Sequence record: SRR20825010_2222
DNA length: 25,625 nucleotides
Direction: 5' to 3' (one strand)
Shown: positions 1 through 9,737 of the stretch, piece by piece
How the letters are laid out: each line of letters begins with the position of its first letter
Numbering within the stretch: position 1 is the stretch's first letter
Program-made: the position numbers and the translations under genes
Notes under the pieces: model-generated
Databases searched by the model: none
Told to the model about the DNA's origin: nothing
Seen by the model: the letters and a program-made list of their open reading frames with translations, nothing else

Positions 1-144
1 GGATCTTTTGGACCTTCGATTATTTTTGGCTCAACTTCCTTGCATTTATACGGAAAGGCTTATACCTTTAAAAACAAATGTGTTGTTAATACAAATTTCA
101 TTAGTTATGGCATTGCCAAGCACCACTGTACTTTAGAATGCCAT

Positions 145-645
145 ATGAACAATTCCAAAACAAAAACCCTAACTCCCAAGGCATATCTTAACACTCTTAT
201 ATTCATACATGCTGCATTGCTTATTGGAGTTTTGTTGTTTACCATTTTCATCTATGCAACCGGGCAAGGTTTTTTGATAGATTTTACCAAAGACAATAAT
301 GTATTTGTATATCTTGTCCCAACCATTGCCATGTTGAGCTATTTTATAAGCAACTACGTTTTTGGCAAACAATTAAAGGACTTAACAAAACTTAACTCTT
401 TAAAAAGCAAATTGATGCTCTATCTACAGGCATGCGTGGTAAGATATGCTTTTATAGAGGGTGCAGCAATATTGAGTACTATTGCATTTAGGTTGAATAA
501 CCACATTTTTTATCTGGTTATTTCCTTATTTTTAATTCTTTATCTTTTTAAGCTTAGGCCCACCAAGGACAAGGTTATAAACGAGTTGCAATTAAAATTA
601 AAGGACCAACAGTTTTTCCATCAAGAAAACGGGGAAATTAAATAA
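145..645 (+). CDS. Hypothetical integral membrane protein (about 4 TM helices, 166 aa)
   Basis: The ORF track starts at TTG 40. ATG 145 (MNNSKTK...) is more plausible because it precedes four hydrophobic segments. No family motif recognised. Confidence 0.7.
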   Translation: MNNSKTKTLTPKAYLNTLIFIHAALLIGVLLFTIFIYATGQGFLIDFTKDNNVFVYLVPTIAMLSYFISNYVFGKQLKDLTKLNSLKSKLMLYLQACVVRYAFIEGAAILSTIAFRLNNHIFYLVISLFLILYLFKLRPTKDKVINELQLKLKDQQFFHQENGEIK

Positions 646-693
646 ACTAAAATTGGATATTACCAATAGCTTGGCATATGTAACACCTATACA

Positions 694-2394
694 ATGGGCA
701 TCAAAAATAAAATATACAACGATATAGATACGATTATTATAGGATCTGGTGCCGGCGGATTATCTGCAGCCATTTGTCTATCCAAAGCAGGTCAGCGGGT
801 ATTGGTATTGGAACAGCACGATGTTCCTGGTGGCTGGTGCCATAGCTTCTATTTAAACGGCCACCGTTTTTCTCCAGGAGTACATTATGTTGGACTGCTC
901 GGCGAAGGAGAGTCTACAAGAACCCTGTATGAGGGATTGGGCGTGGCCAATGATCTGGTTTTTTTTAGAATGAATCCCAAGGGATATGAGCACTGTTTTA
1001 TTGGAGAAGAAAGAATTGACCTGCCGGGAAATTTCAATGATCTGAACACTTCCCTTGGGTATAGGTTCCCTAAGGAAAAAAAGCGTATCGATCATTATTT
1101 GAAGCTGGTCAGGAACGTTTCCCGACAAATACAACTGATACCCAAGATAAACGGTTTTTGGGACCATATCACCATCCCTTTTAGAACCAAGCATATGGGC
1201 AAGTTTGCGCTGTTCAGCTTAAAGCGGGTTATTAACTGGCACATAAAAGACCCCCTACTGCAAAAAGTACTCAATATACAATGGGGAGATCACGGATTGG
1301 CTCCATCTCAGGCGAGTTTCCCTTTGCACTGTGCTGTTATGGACCATTATTTTAGCGGTGGCTACTACCCTATGGGTGGCGGAGCTGCGATTGTAAAAGC
1401 CATGACCAAGGCGTTACAAAAAAATGGTGGAACTATACGTACGGGTACAGCCGTGAAAAGCATTCTTTTGAAAGGGGATAAAAAGAAAAAAGCCATTGGG
1501 GTGGAATTGAAAAATGGGGAGAAAATATATGCGACCAGAATCATTTCCAATGCTGACCCAGGGATTACCTATTTGAACTTGGTAAAAGAACAAAACCTAA
1601 GTGCAAAGCTTCTTAAAAAACTAAAAAAAACAAAGTATTCCTGTAGTTCCTTAATGCTTTTTCTAACCGTTGACATGGATGTTCGAAAATTAGGAATGGA
1701 CTCGGGCAATATATGGTTGATGGATAATAGGGATATGGATGACATTTACGAAGAGATGACCGCGGTTGATATCACCAAAAGTAAAGTGTTCCCTGGATTG
1801 TTCATTAGCTGTACCACGCTAAAAGATCCAACAAGTTTCGATGGAAAACACCACTCCCTTGAAGTCATTACCTATATTAATCCCGATTCATTCTCCAAAT
1901 TTAACAAAGAGGATAAACAGCGATCACAGGAATATTTGGAATTCAAGGAAATATTGACCTGTAAAATGATAAATACCTTGGAACGTGCCCTACCAGGTAT
2001 TAGTGACCATATTGTTCACAAAGAATTGGGAACACCCATCACCAACAAGTACTACTTGAATGCTACCAATGGCAGTGTATATGGCACCGAAAAGAGTTTT
2101 GGACAGATAGGTCCCTTTGCGTTCAAGGCTAAGAGCGAAATTGAAAACTTGTATATGTGCGGTGCAAGTATCCAATCCCATGGAGTGGCCGGCGCTAGCT
2201 ATTCCGGGGTCCAAACGGCAGCCGCCATTCTAAATTGTAGACAGGATGATCTAATAAAACCAGATGATTCCCAAAACATCAGGATCTTTGAAGCAGAAGA
2301 CCATTCCGGCTATCCAAAAGATATCCAACAAAAAATAAATTTGAGAAAAGCGAGACGACTATCAAATAAAAAAAGCATAACAACCCAACCCTAA
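694..2394 (+). CDS. FAD/NAD(P)-dependent oxidoreductase, phytoene dehydrogenase / retinol saturase-like (COG1233)
   Basis: N-terminal IIIGSGAGGL..LEQH..PGG dinucleotide-binding motif, YPMGGG motif, and C-terminal NLYMCGAS...HGVAGA typical of the CrtI/RetSat family. Confidence 0.85.
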   Translation: MGIKNKIYNDIDTIIIGSGAGGLSAAICLSKAGQRVLVLEQHDVPGGWCHSFYLNGHRFSPGVHYVGLLGEGESTRTLYEGLGVANDLVFFRMNPKGYEHCFIGEERIDLPGNFNDLNTSLGYRFPKEKKRIDHYLKLVRNVSRQIQLIPKINGFWDHITIPFRTKHMGKFALFSLKRVINWHIKDPLLQKVLNIQWGDHGLAPSQASFPLHCAVMDHYFSGGYYPMGGGAAIVKAMTKALQKNGGTIRTGTAVKSILLKGDKKKKAIGVELKNGEKIYATRIISNADPGITYLNLVKEQNLSAKLLKKLKKTKYSCSSLMLFLTVDMDVRKLGMDSGNIWLMDNRDMDDIYEEMTAVDITKSKVFPGLFISCTTLKDPTSFDGKHHSLEVITYINPDSFSKFNKEDKQRSQEYLEFKEILTCKMINTLERALPGISDHIVHKELGTPITNKYYLNATNGSVYGTEKSFGQIGPFAFKAKSEIENLYMCGASIQSHGVAGASYSGVQTAAAILNCRQDDLIKPDDSQNIRIFEAEDHSGYPKDIQQKINLRKARRLSNKKSITTQP

Positions 2395-2426
2395 TTTAAA
2401 TATATCTTCCAATCAATTTTAACAAT

Positions 2427-3113
2427 ATGAAAGCATTAAAATTATCAATGGCGTTATTTGCACTAACCGTTTTCACTATGAACAATAGTTATGGACAGGA
2501 TTGGCCCAATCTAGAGCACTTTTCAGAAGATAACAAAAAGGCGGGAATGCCGGCTCCCAATGAAAATCGTGTGGTATTCATGGGCAATTCCATTACCATT
2601 GGTTGGCTGAACAAAAGGCCGGAATTCTTTGAAGGGAAACCTTACATCAATAGAGGTATTAGTGGGCAGACTACCCCCCAAATGTTATTGCGTTTTAGAC
2701 AGGACGTAATCGATTTAAACCCCAAAGTAGTGGTTATATTGGCAGGAACCAATGATATTGCTGGCAATACAGGGCCTTCTACCCCAAAAATGATCTTGGA
2801 TAATATAAAGTCCATGGCCGAACTGGCAAGGGCCAACGGCATCAAAGTTATTATCTCCTCCGTACTCCCTGCCTTCGATTACCCATGGAAACCTGGATTA
2901 AATCCCAATGAAAAAATACCTGCACTCAACAAACTTCTAAAAGAATATACGGAAGCAAATGGTCATATATATCTTGACTATTATACGGCAATGGCCGATG
3001 ATAGAAACGGACTTCCCAAAAAATATGCGGACGATGAGGTTCATCCTACTGCGGCGGGTTATGCTGTAATGGAACCGTTAGTGGAAGCGGCAATAAACAA
3101 GGCATTGCAATAG
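2427..3113 (+). CDS. Secreted SGNH/GDSL hydrolase
   Basis: Signal peptide. Blocks GNSIT, NRGISGQ, GTND and DEVH. Confidence 0.9.
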   Translation: MKALKLSMALFALTVFTMNNSYGQDWPNLEHFSEDNKKAGMPAPNENRVVFMGNSITIGWLNKRPEFFEGKPYINRGISGQTTPQMLLRFRQDVIDLNPKVVVILAGTNDIAGNTGPSTPKMILDNIKSMAELARANGIKVIISSVLPAFDYPWKPGLNPNEKIPALNKLLKEYTEANGHIYLDYYTAMADDRNGLPKKYADDEVHPTAAGYAVMEPLVEAAINKALQ

Positions 3114-3432
3114 TTCTGGCTTTTTAACACTTAATAGTACCAACTCTTGTTTAGGTGAAGGAATTTTGTATTTGGATCCTCAATGGCATCTGCGCCCCAG
3201 CTAGTCAGAACGGATTTCTTACATGAAAGTCTCGGTCCATTAAACAATTAGATATTAATCCCGTTACCCAAAAGCCTGTTCTAGGGCAATGATGGGTGCT
3301 ATAAGGGAGCTTGAACTGATTGGTGAAAACGCCAATTGGATTTTATATGGACAAGCTTTATAAAACCGCTGGAGTTGGGCACTATACATTCATTTGCTAA
3401 ACCCATATTGACCATATAGCGAAATATATTTC

Positions 3433-3440
3433 TACTTTTG
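3433..3440 (+). promoter_or_regulatory. Bacteroidota housekeeping promoter -7 box (TACTTTTG) for GT2
   Basis: Matches TAnnTTTG and ends 4 nt before ATG 3445. Confidence 0.5.
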
Positions 3441-3444
3441 ACAA

Positions 3445-4452
3445 ATGAATAAAAGTAGTATCAGCATTCTTATTCCTTTTAAAAATACCGCGGAATTTCT
3501 ACCGGACTGTATACAATCCATCATCGACCAAACACATGAAGACTGGGAAATTCTGGCTGTAAATGACCATTCTACCGACAATAGTTTGGATATCATGTAT
3601 TCATACGCACAAAAGGATACCAGGATCAAGGTATTGAAAAATGAAGGCAAGGGAATTATTGAGGCCCTTAGAACAGCCTATTCGCATTCCCAGGGCACCT
3701 ATATAACCAGAATGGATTCTGATGACGTTATGTCCCCAAATAAATTGGAAACCATGGTTAATTCCCTTAAAAACCATGGACAGGGACATGTAGCTCTAGG
3801 AAAAGTGAAATACTTTTCAAAAGAGGGGGTTGGGGATGGTTACAAGAGTTATGAAAAATGGTTGAACCGCTTAACGGAAAAGGGATTAAACTATTCTGAA
3901 ATATATAAGGAATGTGTAATACCCTCCCCATGTTGGATGGTAGATAGGAAAGATTTGGAAAAGGCCGGGGCATTTGCTTCGAACCGCTATCCTGAAGATT
4001 ACGACCTAGCCTTCCGTTTTTATGAGCAGGGTCTAAAATGTATTCCAACCAATGAGCTTCTCCACTATTGGCGCGATTATGGCCATAGAACATCCCGAAC
4101 CAGTGAACACTATGCCCAAAACTATTTTTTGGACATTAAACTCCATTATTTCCTAAAACTTGACCATGACAATCGAAGCCCTTTGGTACTATGGGGTGCT
4201 GGTAACAAAGGAAAATCCCTGGCCAAAAAACTTCTAAATAAAAACATAGCTTTTACATGGGTATGCAACAACTCCAATAAGATTGGTTTGGATATTTATG
4301 ATAAAAAGATGGATCACTATCTAGAAATAAACAATCTACAAAATGCCCAAATTTTAATTACTGTTGCCAACAAAGAAGCGCAGGAATTTATAAAGGAATA
4401 TTTGTTGGCACAGGGAGAAAAAACTGTACAAGACTTTTTCTTTTTTTGCTGA
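3445..4452 (+). CDS. Glycosyltransferase family 2
   Basis: ISILIPFKN, VNDHSTD, MDSDD (DxD) and PEDYDL motifs, plus a C-terminal LWGAGNKG Rossmann-like segment. Confidence 0.9.
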   Translation: MNKSSISILIPFKNTAEFLPDCIQSIIDQTHEDWEILAVNDHSTDNSLDIMYSYAQKDTRIKVLKNEGKGIIEALRTAYSHSQGTYITRMDSDDVMSPNKLETMVNSLKNHGQGHVALGKVKYFSKEGVGDGYKSYEKWLNRLTEKGLNYSEIYKECVIPSPCWMVDRKDLEKAGAFASNRYPEDYDLAFRFYEQGLKCIPTNELLHYWRDYGHRTSRTSEHYAQNYFLDIKLHYFLKLDHDNRSPLVLWGAGNKGKSLAKKLLNKNIAFTWVCNNSNKIGLDIYDKKMDHYLEINNLQNAQILITVANKEAQEFIKEYLLAQGEKTVQDFFFFC

Positions 4453-4557
4453 ACTTAATATTGAGCCTCATCTTTAAAAAATATTCCTCCCATTTCCAAT
4501 AACTTAATTAGCCCACAGATGGACAATAAATTTAAGACTGCCTCGAAATTCTTTTCT

Positions 4558-4565
4558 TATATTTG
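4558..4565 (+). promoter_or_regulatory. -7 box TATATTTG for the BatA/vWA operon
   Basis: Matches TAnnTTTG, 17 nt upstream of ATG 4583. Confidence 0.55.
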
Positions 4566-4582
4566 AAAAATTAAATTTAGGA

Positions 4583-6505
4583 ATGCTTTTTAAACATCCG
4601 GAACTGCTTTGGGCCCTTTTACTTCTCCTTATTCCTATTTTTATTCACCTTTTTCAACTACGTAGATTTAAGAAAACCCCATTTACCAATGTAAAAATCT
4701 TAAAAAAAGTAGTGGCGGAATCTAGGAAGAGCAACTCATTAAAAAAATGGCTCCTTTTAATTACCCGACTATTGCTCCTAACTGCACTTATAATTGCTTT
4801 TGCCCAACCCTTTATTCCAGGGAAATCTGCGCTAAAAAACAACGAAACAGTCATTTACCTTGATAATTCCCTAAGTATGCAGGCCAAAATGGGAACAGCT
4901 ACCTTATTGGAAAATATGGTTCAAGGGATACTAAAATCTGTTCCTGAGGAAAATGTTTTTACACTTTTTACCAACGATAAAATATATCGGGAAGTCCGTA
5001 TTGGCGACATCAAAAATGATTTGCTTGCCCTGCCCTATTCCAAGAACCAATTAAAGCTTAAAGAAATTAATTTAAAGGCCAAAACCATGTTCTCCGGAAC
5101 TGAAGGCACGCGAAAAGATCTGGTCTTGATTTCCGATTTTCAAAAAAGTATCAACTCACCCATTACAGACTCGCTTCCCGATATAAATAGGCATTTGGTA
5201 AAATTGGCACCGGAGAACCTAGTCAATATTTCAATTGATACTGTATTTATCAATTCCATATCCTCAGATAATTTGGATTTAAAAAGCATTCTCACTACCA
5301 ATACAGAATTGGACAACACTCCTGTTTCCCTATACAATGGAGAAAAATTAATTGCAAAAACATCGGTTACCTTCAATAAAAATAAAAAAGGCGAGGTAAT
5401 TTTCACCATTCCGGCAAACGAACTTATAAATGGAGAAATTGTAATCTCCGATTCAGGACTTATTTATGACAATCATCTTTACTTCAATTTAGCCAAACAA
5501 GATAAAATTAAAGTACTATCCATAGGGGATGCCGATAATGATTATTTAAGACGTATTTTTGGGGAGGAGGTATTTCAGTATTCCAACCTAAGCTTAAAGT
5601 CACTGAACTACAGTCTATTGGAATCACAAAATTTGATAATACTCAATGAACTTAACTCCATCCCCGTAGCTTTACAAAATGCCCTGCAAGCATTTAAAAA
5701 TACCGGAGGCAGCTTAGTAATTATTCCAAGTGGCCAAATTGATTTGGAAAATTACAATTCATTTTTGATGGGACTTTCCAATACTATGTTACTTTCTTCG
5801 GTTACGGAAGAAAGAAAAATTAGTCAGATTGCCTTTGCCCATCCCCTGTATAAAAATGTATTCGAAAAAGAAGTAACCAATTTCCAATACCCCTCCGTCA
5901 AATCATTCTATACTACTAAATCGGCCACACCAAAAATCCTTTCTTACCAAAGTGGTGATCCATTTTTAGTAGGGGAAGACGGCTTATATTTATTTACAGC
6001 CTCGATATCCAAGGAAAATTCAAATATTTTAAATTCTCCCTTAATTGTCCCCACCTTGTACAACATGGGTATGGCAAGTCTTAAAATTCCGAAGATTTAT
6101 GAGATGATAGGTGGCAAAACCACTGTTGATATTCCTGTTGATCTTACAAAAGATCGGATTTTGAAAGTGTCCCAAAAAGATTTCGAATTTATACCCTTTC
6201 AACAATCCTATACCAACAAAACCACCTTAACTTTTGATGATTATCCAGAGGTCTCCGGGATATTCGATATAACGGACGAAGGAAAGGTAGTTAAGCACAT
6301 CAGCTTCAACTTTCCAAGGGCTGAAAGCCAGTTACAATATACGGATCTCGACGAACTCAAAGCTAGTAGTAAAAATGACAATGTTGCAGCATTGTTCCAA
6401 AATATAGAAAAAGACTATAGCGTCAACGAGCTTTGGAAATGGTTTGTTATTTTAGCATTAGCATTTATATTTATTGAGGTTCTTATCCAAAAATTTCTGA
6501 AATGA
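4583..6505 (+). CDS. BatA (N-terminal double-TM) / vWA domain membrane protein
   Basis: F.HP.LLW.L..L.IP..IHL...R and LLL..R.L.....AFAQP BatA signature, vWA MIDAS DNSLS, ISDFQ, and a C-terminal ELWKW TM anchor. Confidence 0.85.
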   Translation: MLFKHPELLWALLLLLIPIFIHLFQLRRFKKTPFTNVKILKKVVAESRKSNSLKKWLLLITRLLLLTALIIAFAQPFIPGKSALKNNETVIYLDNSLSMQAKMGTATLLENMVQGILKSVPEENVFTLFTNDKIYREVRIGDIKNDLLALPYSKNQLKLKEINLKAKTMFSGTEGTRKDLVLISDFQKSINSPITDSLPDINRHLVKLAPENLVNISIDTVFINSISSDNLDLKSILTTNTELDNTPVSLYNGEKLIAKTSVTFNKNKKGEVIFTIPANELINGEIVISDSGLIYDNHLYFNLAKQDKIKVLSIGDADNDYLRRIFGEEVFQYSNLSLKSLNYSLLESQNLIILNELNSIPVALQNALQAFKNTGGSLVIIPSGQIDLENYNSFLMGLSNTMLLSSVTEERKISQIAFAHPLYKNVFEKEVTNFQYPSVKSFYTTKSATPKILSYQSGDPFLVGEDGLYLFTASISKENSNILNSPLIVPTLYNMGMASLKIPKIYEMIGGKTTVDIPVDLTKDRILKVSQKDFEFIPFQQSYTNKTTLTFDDYPEVSGIFDITDEGKVVKHISFNFPRAESQLQYTDLDELKASSKNDNVAALFQNIEKDYSVNELWKWFVILALAFIFIEVLIQKFLK

Positions 6506-7755
6506 ACATACTTTTAAAATCTGCCAAGATAGTTGCTCCTAACAACAAGGAACTTCATTTAAAAAAGCGCGATATATTTATAAAAAATGGGGTAATTGAA
6601 GATATTGCTGCCAATTTGGATGTTCAAGGAAAAACTAAGGTCATCCAATATAAGAACCTACATGTATCCCTTGGATGGTTCGACTCTTGCGTAAGTTTTG
6701 GCGAACCGGGCTATGAGGAAAGGGAAACCATTGAAAATGGCCTATATACAGCCGCAATGAGCGGTTTTACGGATATTGTCCTAAACCCCAATAACAATCC
6801 CCTTCCCGATAGCAGCTCGGATATTGTCTTTTTGAAGAATGCCTCCAAAAATGCGGCCACTACCCTTCATGCTTTGGGAACTTTGACCGTTAAGTCTGAA
6901 GGAGAAAGCTTGGCCGAACTATATGATATGAAAACCGCCGGTGCCGTTGGGTTTTATGATTACAAATTGCCTTTAAGGAACTCGAACCTTTTAAAAATTG
7001 CCTTGCAATACGCCCATAATTTCAATGGACTTGTACATTCTTTTCCCATGGATCTGCAGATTGCCGGAAAAGGAATAGTCAATGAAGGTGAAGTATCTAC
7101 AAAATTGGGGTTAAAAGGAATTCCCAATTTGGCCGAGGAGCTAAATATTGTCAGGGATCTGTTCATATTGGAATATACGGGAGGAAAACTGCACATCCCC
7201 ACTATTTCAACGGCCAATTCTGTAAAACTCATTGGAGAAGCCAAAAAAAAGGGATTGGATGTTAGTTGTAGCGTGGCAGTACACAACCTATGCTTCACCG
7301 ATGATACTTTGACAGAGTTCGATTCCCACTTTAAATTGATGCCTCCACTTAGAACCCAATTAGACCGCAAGGCTTTGATTAAGGGACTAAAAGATGGAAC
7401 CATAGATTTTGTTACCACAGACCATAGGCCTATGGATATTGAGCACAAAAGAGTGGAATTCGATAATGCCTCGGACGGCACCATAGGCCTAGAAAGCGCT
7501 TTTGGAATGTTAAATCAAATTTTTGATCTTGATACCACCATTTCCCTTTTGACCAAAGGTCGCGAAAGATATGGTATTGAAACACCTGTACTGAAAGTAG
7601 GTGAAAATGCAGCGCTTACCCTATTTGACCCCGATCAGGAATATACCTTTGAAGAGGAGGACATTTTATCCAATTCAAAGAATAGTTGTTTTGTGGGAAG
7701 TAAACTTAAAGGAAAGGTTTATGGAATTGTTTCCAACAATCAAATAATTAACTAA
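6502..7755 (+). CDS. Dihydroorotase-family protein, probably catalytically inactive (PyrC'/PyrX-like)
   Basis: EPG..ETI, PPLR and TDH.P motifs of the dihydroorotase family. The HxH metal motif is replaced by DSCVSF. ATGA overlap with the upstream gene. Confidence 0.85.
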   Translation: MNILLKSAKIVAPNNKELHLKKRDIFIKNGVIEDIAANLDVQGKTKVIQYKNLHVSLGWFDSCVSFGEPGYEERETIENGLYTAAMSGFTDIVLNPNNNPLPDSSSDIVFLKNASKNAATTLHALGTLTVKSEGESLAELYDMKTAGAVGFYDYKLPLRNSNLLKIALQYAHNFNGLVHSFPMDLQIAGKGIVNEGEVSTKLGLKGIPNLAEELNIVRDLFILEYTGGKLHIPTISTANSVKLIGEAKKKGLDVSCSVAVHNLCFTDDTLTEFDSHFKLMPPLRTQLDRKALIKGLKDGTIDFVTTDHRPMDIEHKRVEFDNASDGTIGLESAFGMLNQIFDLDTTISLLTKGRERYGIETPVLKVGENAALTLFDPDQEYTFEEEDILSNSKNSCFVGSKLKGKVYGIVSNNQIIN

Positions 7756-7780
7756 ATTTATAGGAACTAAAATCTAAACC

Positions 7781-8098
7781 ATGGACCAGAAAACTATAAG
7801 TGAGGGAAAAACTATGGCGTTAATCAGTTATATTACTGTTATTGGGCTGCTTATTGCCTTTATAGTAAACAGTGATAAAAAAAATGAATTTGTCAAATTC
7901 CATATTGGACAATCTTTAAGGGTGTGGATCTTGGCCATTGCACTTTCTATTGTCCTTGGACTTATAGCTGTTACAATGGAGATGGGATTCCTTAGAATAT
8001 TACAGTGGGCCCCCTGGGTTTTGGCTGTAATGGGAGCCATTAATGCCTACAATGGCAAACTGGAAAAATTACCAATTATTGGATCTATTGGAGAATAA
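7781..8098 (+). CDS. DUF4870-like small membrane protein (copy 1)
   Basis: A..SY, F..FH..Q and GAINAYNG...LP.IG motifs, with 3 hydrophobic segments. Confidence 0.75.
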   Translation: MDQKTISEGKTMALISYITVIGLLIAFIVNSDKKNEFVKFHIGQSLRVWILAIALSIVLGLIAVTMEMGFLRILQWAPWVLAVMGAINAYNGKLEKLPIIGSIGE

Positions 8099-8120
8099 TT
8101 ATTAGGATCAATAAATTCAT

Positions 8121-8148
8121 AGAGGTCTAATAAGGGCCTCTTTTTTTG
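8121..8148 (+). terminator. Intrinsic terminator
   Basis: AGAGGTC-taataag-GGCCTCT stem (one G-U pair) followed by a T run, 22 nt after the stop. Confidence 0.75.
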
Positions 8149-8175
8149 TTCAAATTTTAAACTTGACTAACTTTG
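8145..8175 (+). promoter_or_regulatory. Housekeeping promoter TTTG-N19-TAACTTTG
   Basis: -33 TTTG at 8145-8148 and -7 TAACTTTG at 8168-8175, matching the Bacteroidota consensus. Confidence 0.65.
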
Positions 8176-8180
8176 CCTCT

Positions 8181-8507
8181 ATGGATAATGTAATTAAGGA
8201 AGGAAAGACTACGGCAATTGTAGCTTACCTCACTATGGTAGGGGCGTTGATTGCCATATCGATGAATTCGGATCCCAAGAACGAATTTGCCCGGTTTCAT
8301 ACCCGACAGGCTTTTGGATTACATCTCGTCTTCCTTGGCTTTGCTCTTTTTTTAAGCAATTGGTACAACGAATATGCCTGGTATGGCCTCTATGTTTTTT
8401 ATATAGTACTTTGGTTCTATGGCTTTCTCGGAGCCCTGAACAACAAGAAACAAGAGGTGCCCGTACTTGGTCCCTATTTTCAAAAATGGTTCACTTTTAT
8501 ATCTTAG
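8181..8507 (+). CDS. DUF4870-like small membrane protein (copy 2)
   Basis: ATG 8181 aligns with the start of copy 1. Shared EGKT.A...Y.T..G.LIA...NSD.KNEF..FH..Q motif. Confidence 0.75.
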   Translation: MDNVIKEGKTTAIVAYLTMVGALIAISMNSDPKNEFARFHTRQAFGLHLVFLGFALFLSNWYNEYAWYGLYVFYIVLWFYGFLGALNNKKQEVPVLGPYFQKWFTFIS

Positions 8508-8508
8508 A

Positions 8509-9168
8509 ATGACTACAGCTCCCCTTTCATTGGAACATCTTATTAGACCATCAAATATTACCGAAGGCAAGCCTCCCGTGCTGTTCATGTTCCACGGCTA
8601 TGGAAGCAACGAGGAAGATCTGTTTTCCTTTGCCTCTGAACTGCCTCAAGAACTTTGTATCATATCCGTAAGGGCCCCCTACCCTATGCAACCCTATGGT
8701 AATGCATGGTATGCCATTAACTTTGAAGCCGAAAAAGGCAAATGGAACAATGAGGAAGAAGCAGTCCTTTCCAGGGATAAAATTAAAGTGTTTATAGAGG
8801 AAGCTTGCAAAACCTATGGCTTGGACGAAAAAAATGTGACCCTATTAGGGTTCAGTCAAGGTACCATACTAAGTTATGCGGTGGCCCTATCCTACCCTGA
8901 GTTGGTCAGGAATGTAATAGCCCTAAGTGGCTATATCAATGAAAACCTTATGTTGAAGAACTATCAGGGAAACAACTTCAAAAATTTAAAGATCTATGCC
9001 TCCCACGGAAGTGTAGACCAGGTAATCCCTGTTGCTTGGGCCCAACAAGCCCCCGGTATTTTAAATAATCTAAACATAGACCATGTATATGAGGAATTCC
9101 CGGTAGGCCATGGTGTGGCCCCACAAAATTTCTACTCCTTCAAGACATGGCTTCAGGATAAAATTTAA
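8509..9168 (+). CDS. Alpha/beta hydrolase, phospholipase/carboxylesterase family
   Basis: HGYG oxyanion motif, GFSQG nucleophile, HGSVD and GH catalytic residues. Start placed at ATG 8509, just after the upstream stop. Confidence 0.9.
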   Translation: MTTAPLSLEHLIRPSNITEGKPPVLFMFHGYGSNEEDLFSFASELPQELCIISVRAPYPMQPYGNAWYAINFEAEKGKWNNEEEAVLSRDKIKVFIEEACKTYGLDEKNVTLLGFSQGTILSYAVALSYPELVRNVIALSGYINENLMLKNYQGNNFKNLKIYASHGSVDQVIPVAWAQQAPGILNNLNIDHVYEEFPVGHGVAPQNFYSFKTWLQDKI

Positions 9169-9659
9169 TTGCTACGGGTGTACAATAAGTGGTCCATCAA
9201 TGAAAAATCCACACCCAGATCATCCTTAAGTTCATACTTGATCAATACTTCGCCCCAATATTTCCCATCCGAGAAATCGGCCAAAATCCATTTATGGTTT
9301 AAAATCTTGATCTTGTTTATCTTGAAATCGTTTTCCATACCCTCATAAGGGATTAGGGGGTTATCCCCTTTACTTTCATTGGTCTCCAATAATTTATCCG
9401 ATATATAGAGACTGGGATCCTTCAAATTTAAATGGTCGTAATAGGCCAAGGCATCATCATTATTTTCCAAAGAAAAATATTGGTTGTCCAAAACCTTTAT
9501 ATGCAGTTTCTGTATGGAATCCTCCAATTGGGAAAGCTTCTCCTCCTGGGCCTCTATTTTTGTGTTTTTAGCCTTCACCATATTATTGGTACTTACAAAT
9601 TGGTAAAGTGCTATTAGTGAAACGAATATGAACAAATACAAGTAAATCTTATGTTTCAT
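9165..9659 (-). CDS. Hypothetical membrane-anchored protein (N-terminal TM plus coiled coil)
   Basis: 164 aa ORF with a hydrophobic N-terminus and heptad-rich segment, co-oriented with the MBL gene. Confidence 0.7.
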   Translation of the reverse strand: MKHKIYLYLFIFVSLIALYQFVSTNNMVKAKNTKIEAQEEKLSQLEDSIQKLHIKVLDNQYFSLENNDDALAYYDHLNLKDPSLYISDKLLETNESKGDNPLIPYEGMENDFKINKIKILNHKWILADFSDGKYWGEVLIKYELKDDLGVDFSLMDHLLYTRSN

Positions 9660-9737
9660 TCCCTTATTTTCTTTTTATTGGTTTAATACTAATTTTTAAG
9701 TTGAAATATTTCCCTGAACCATCTTCTATAGGGTTGT

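Noticed and set aside
40-144. N-terminal extension of ORF 40..645 from a TTG
   Set aside because: The extension is not protein-like, and ATG 145 gives a cleaner start before the TM segments
694-2394. Calling the oxidoreductase crtI
   Set aside because: No carotenoid genes are adjacent, and family membership alone does not fix the substrate
3114-3432. 330-bp intergenic gap as a possible small gene or pseudogene
   Set aside because: The best frame I found is a ~40-codon TTG-start frame on the minus strand with no recognisable motif, and there is no clear RNA structure
6960-7484. 174-aa antisense ORF and the other short opposite-strand ORFs in the track
   Set aside because: They are shadows fully inside well-supported genes, with no motifs
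8467-8508. 41-nt overlap of the esterase ORF with DUF4870 copy 2
   Set aside because: Artefact of an upstream TTG. ATG 8509 follows the stop directly.
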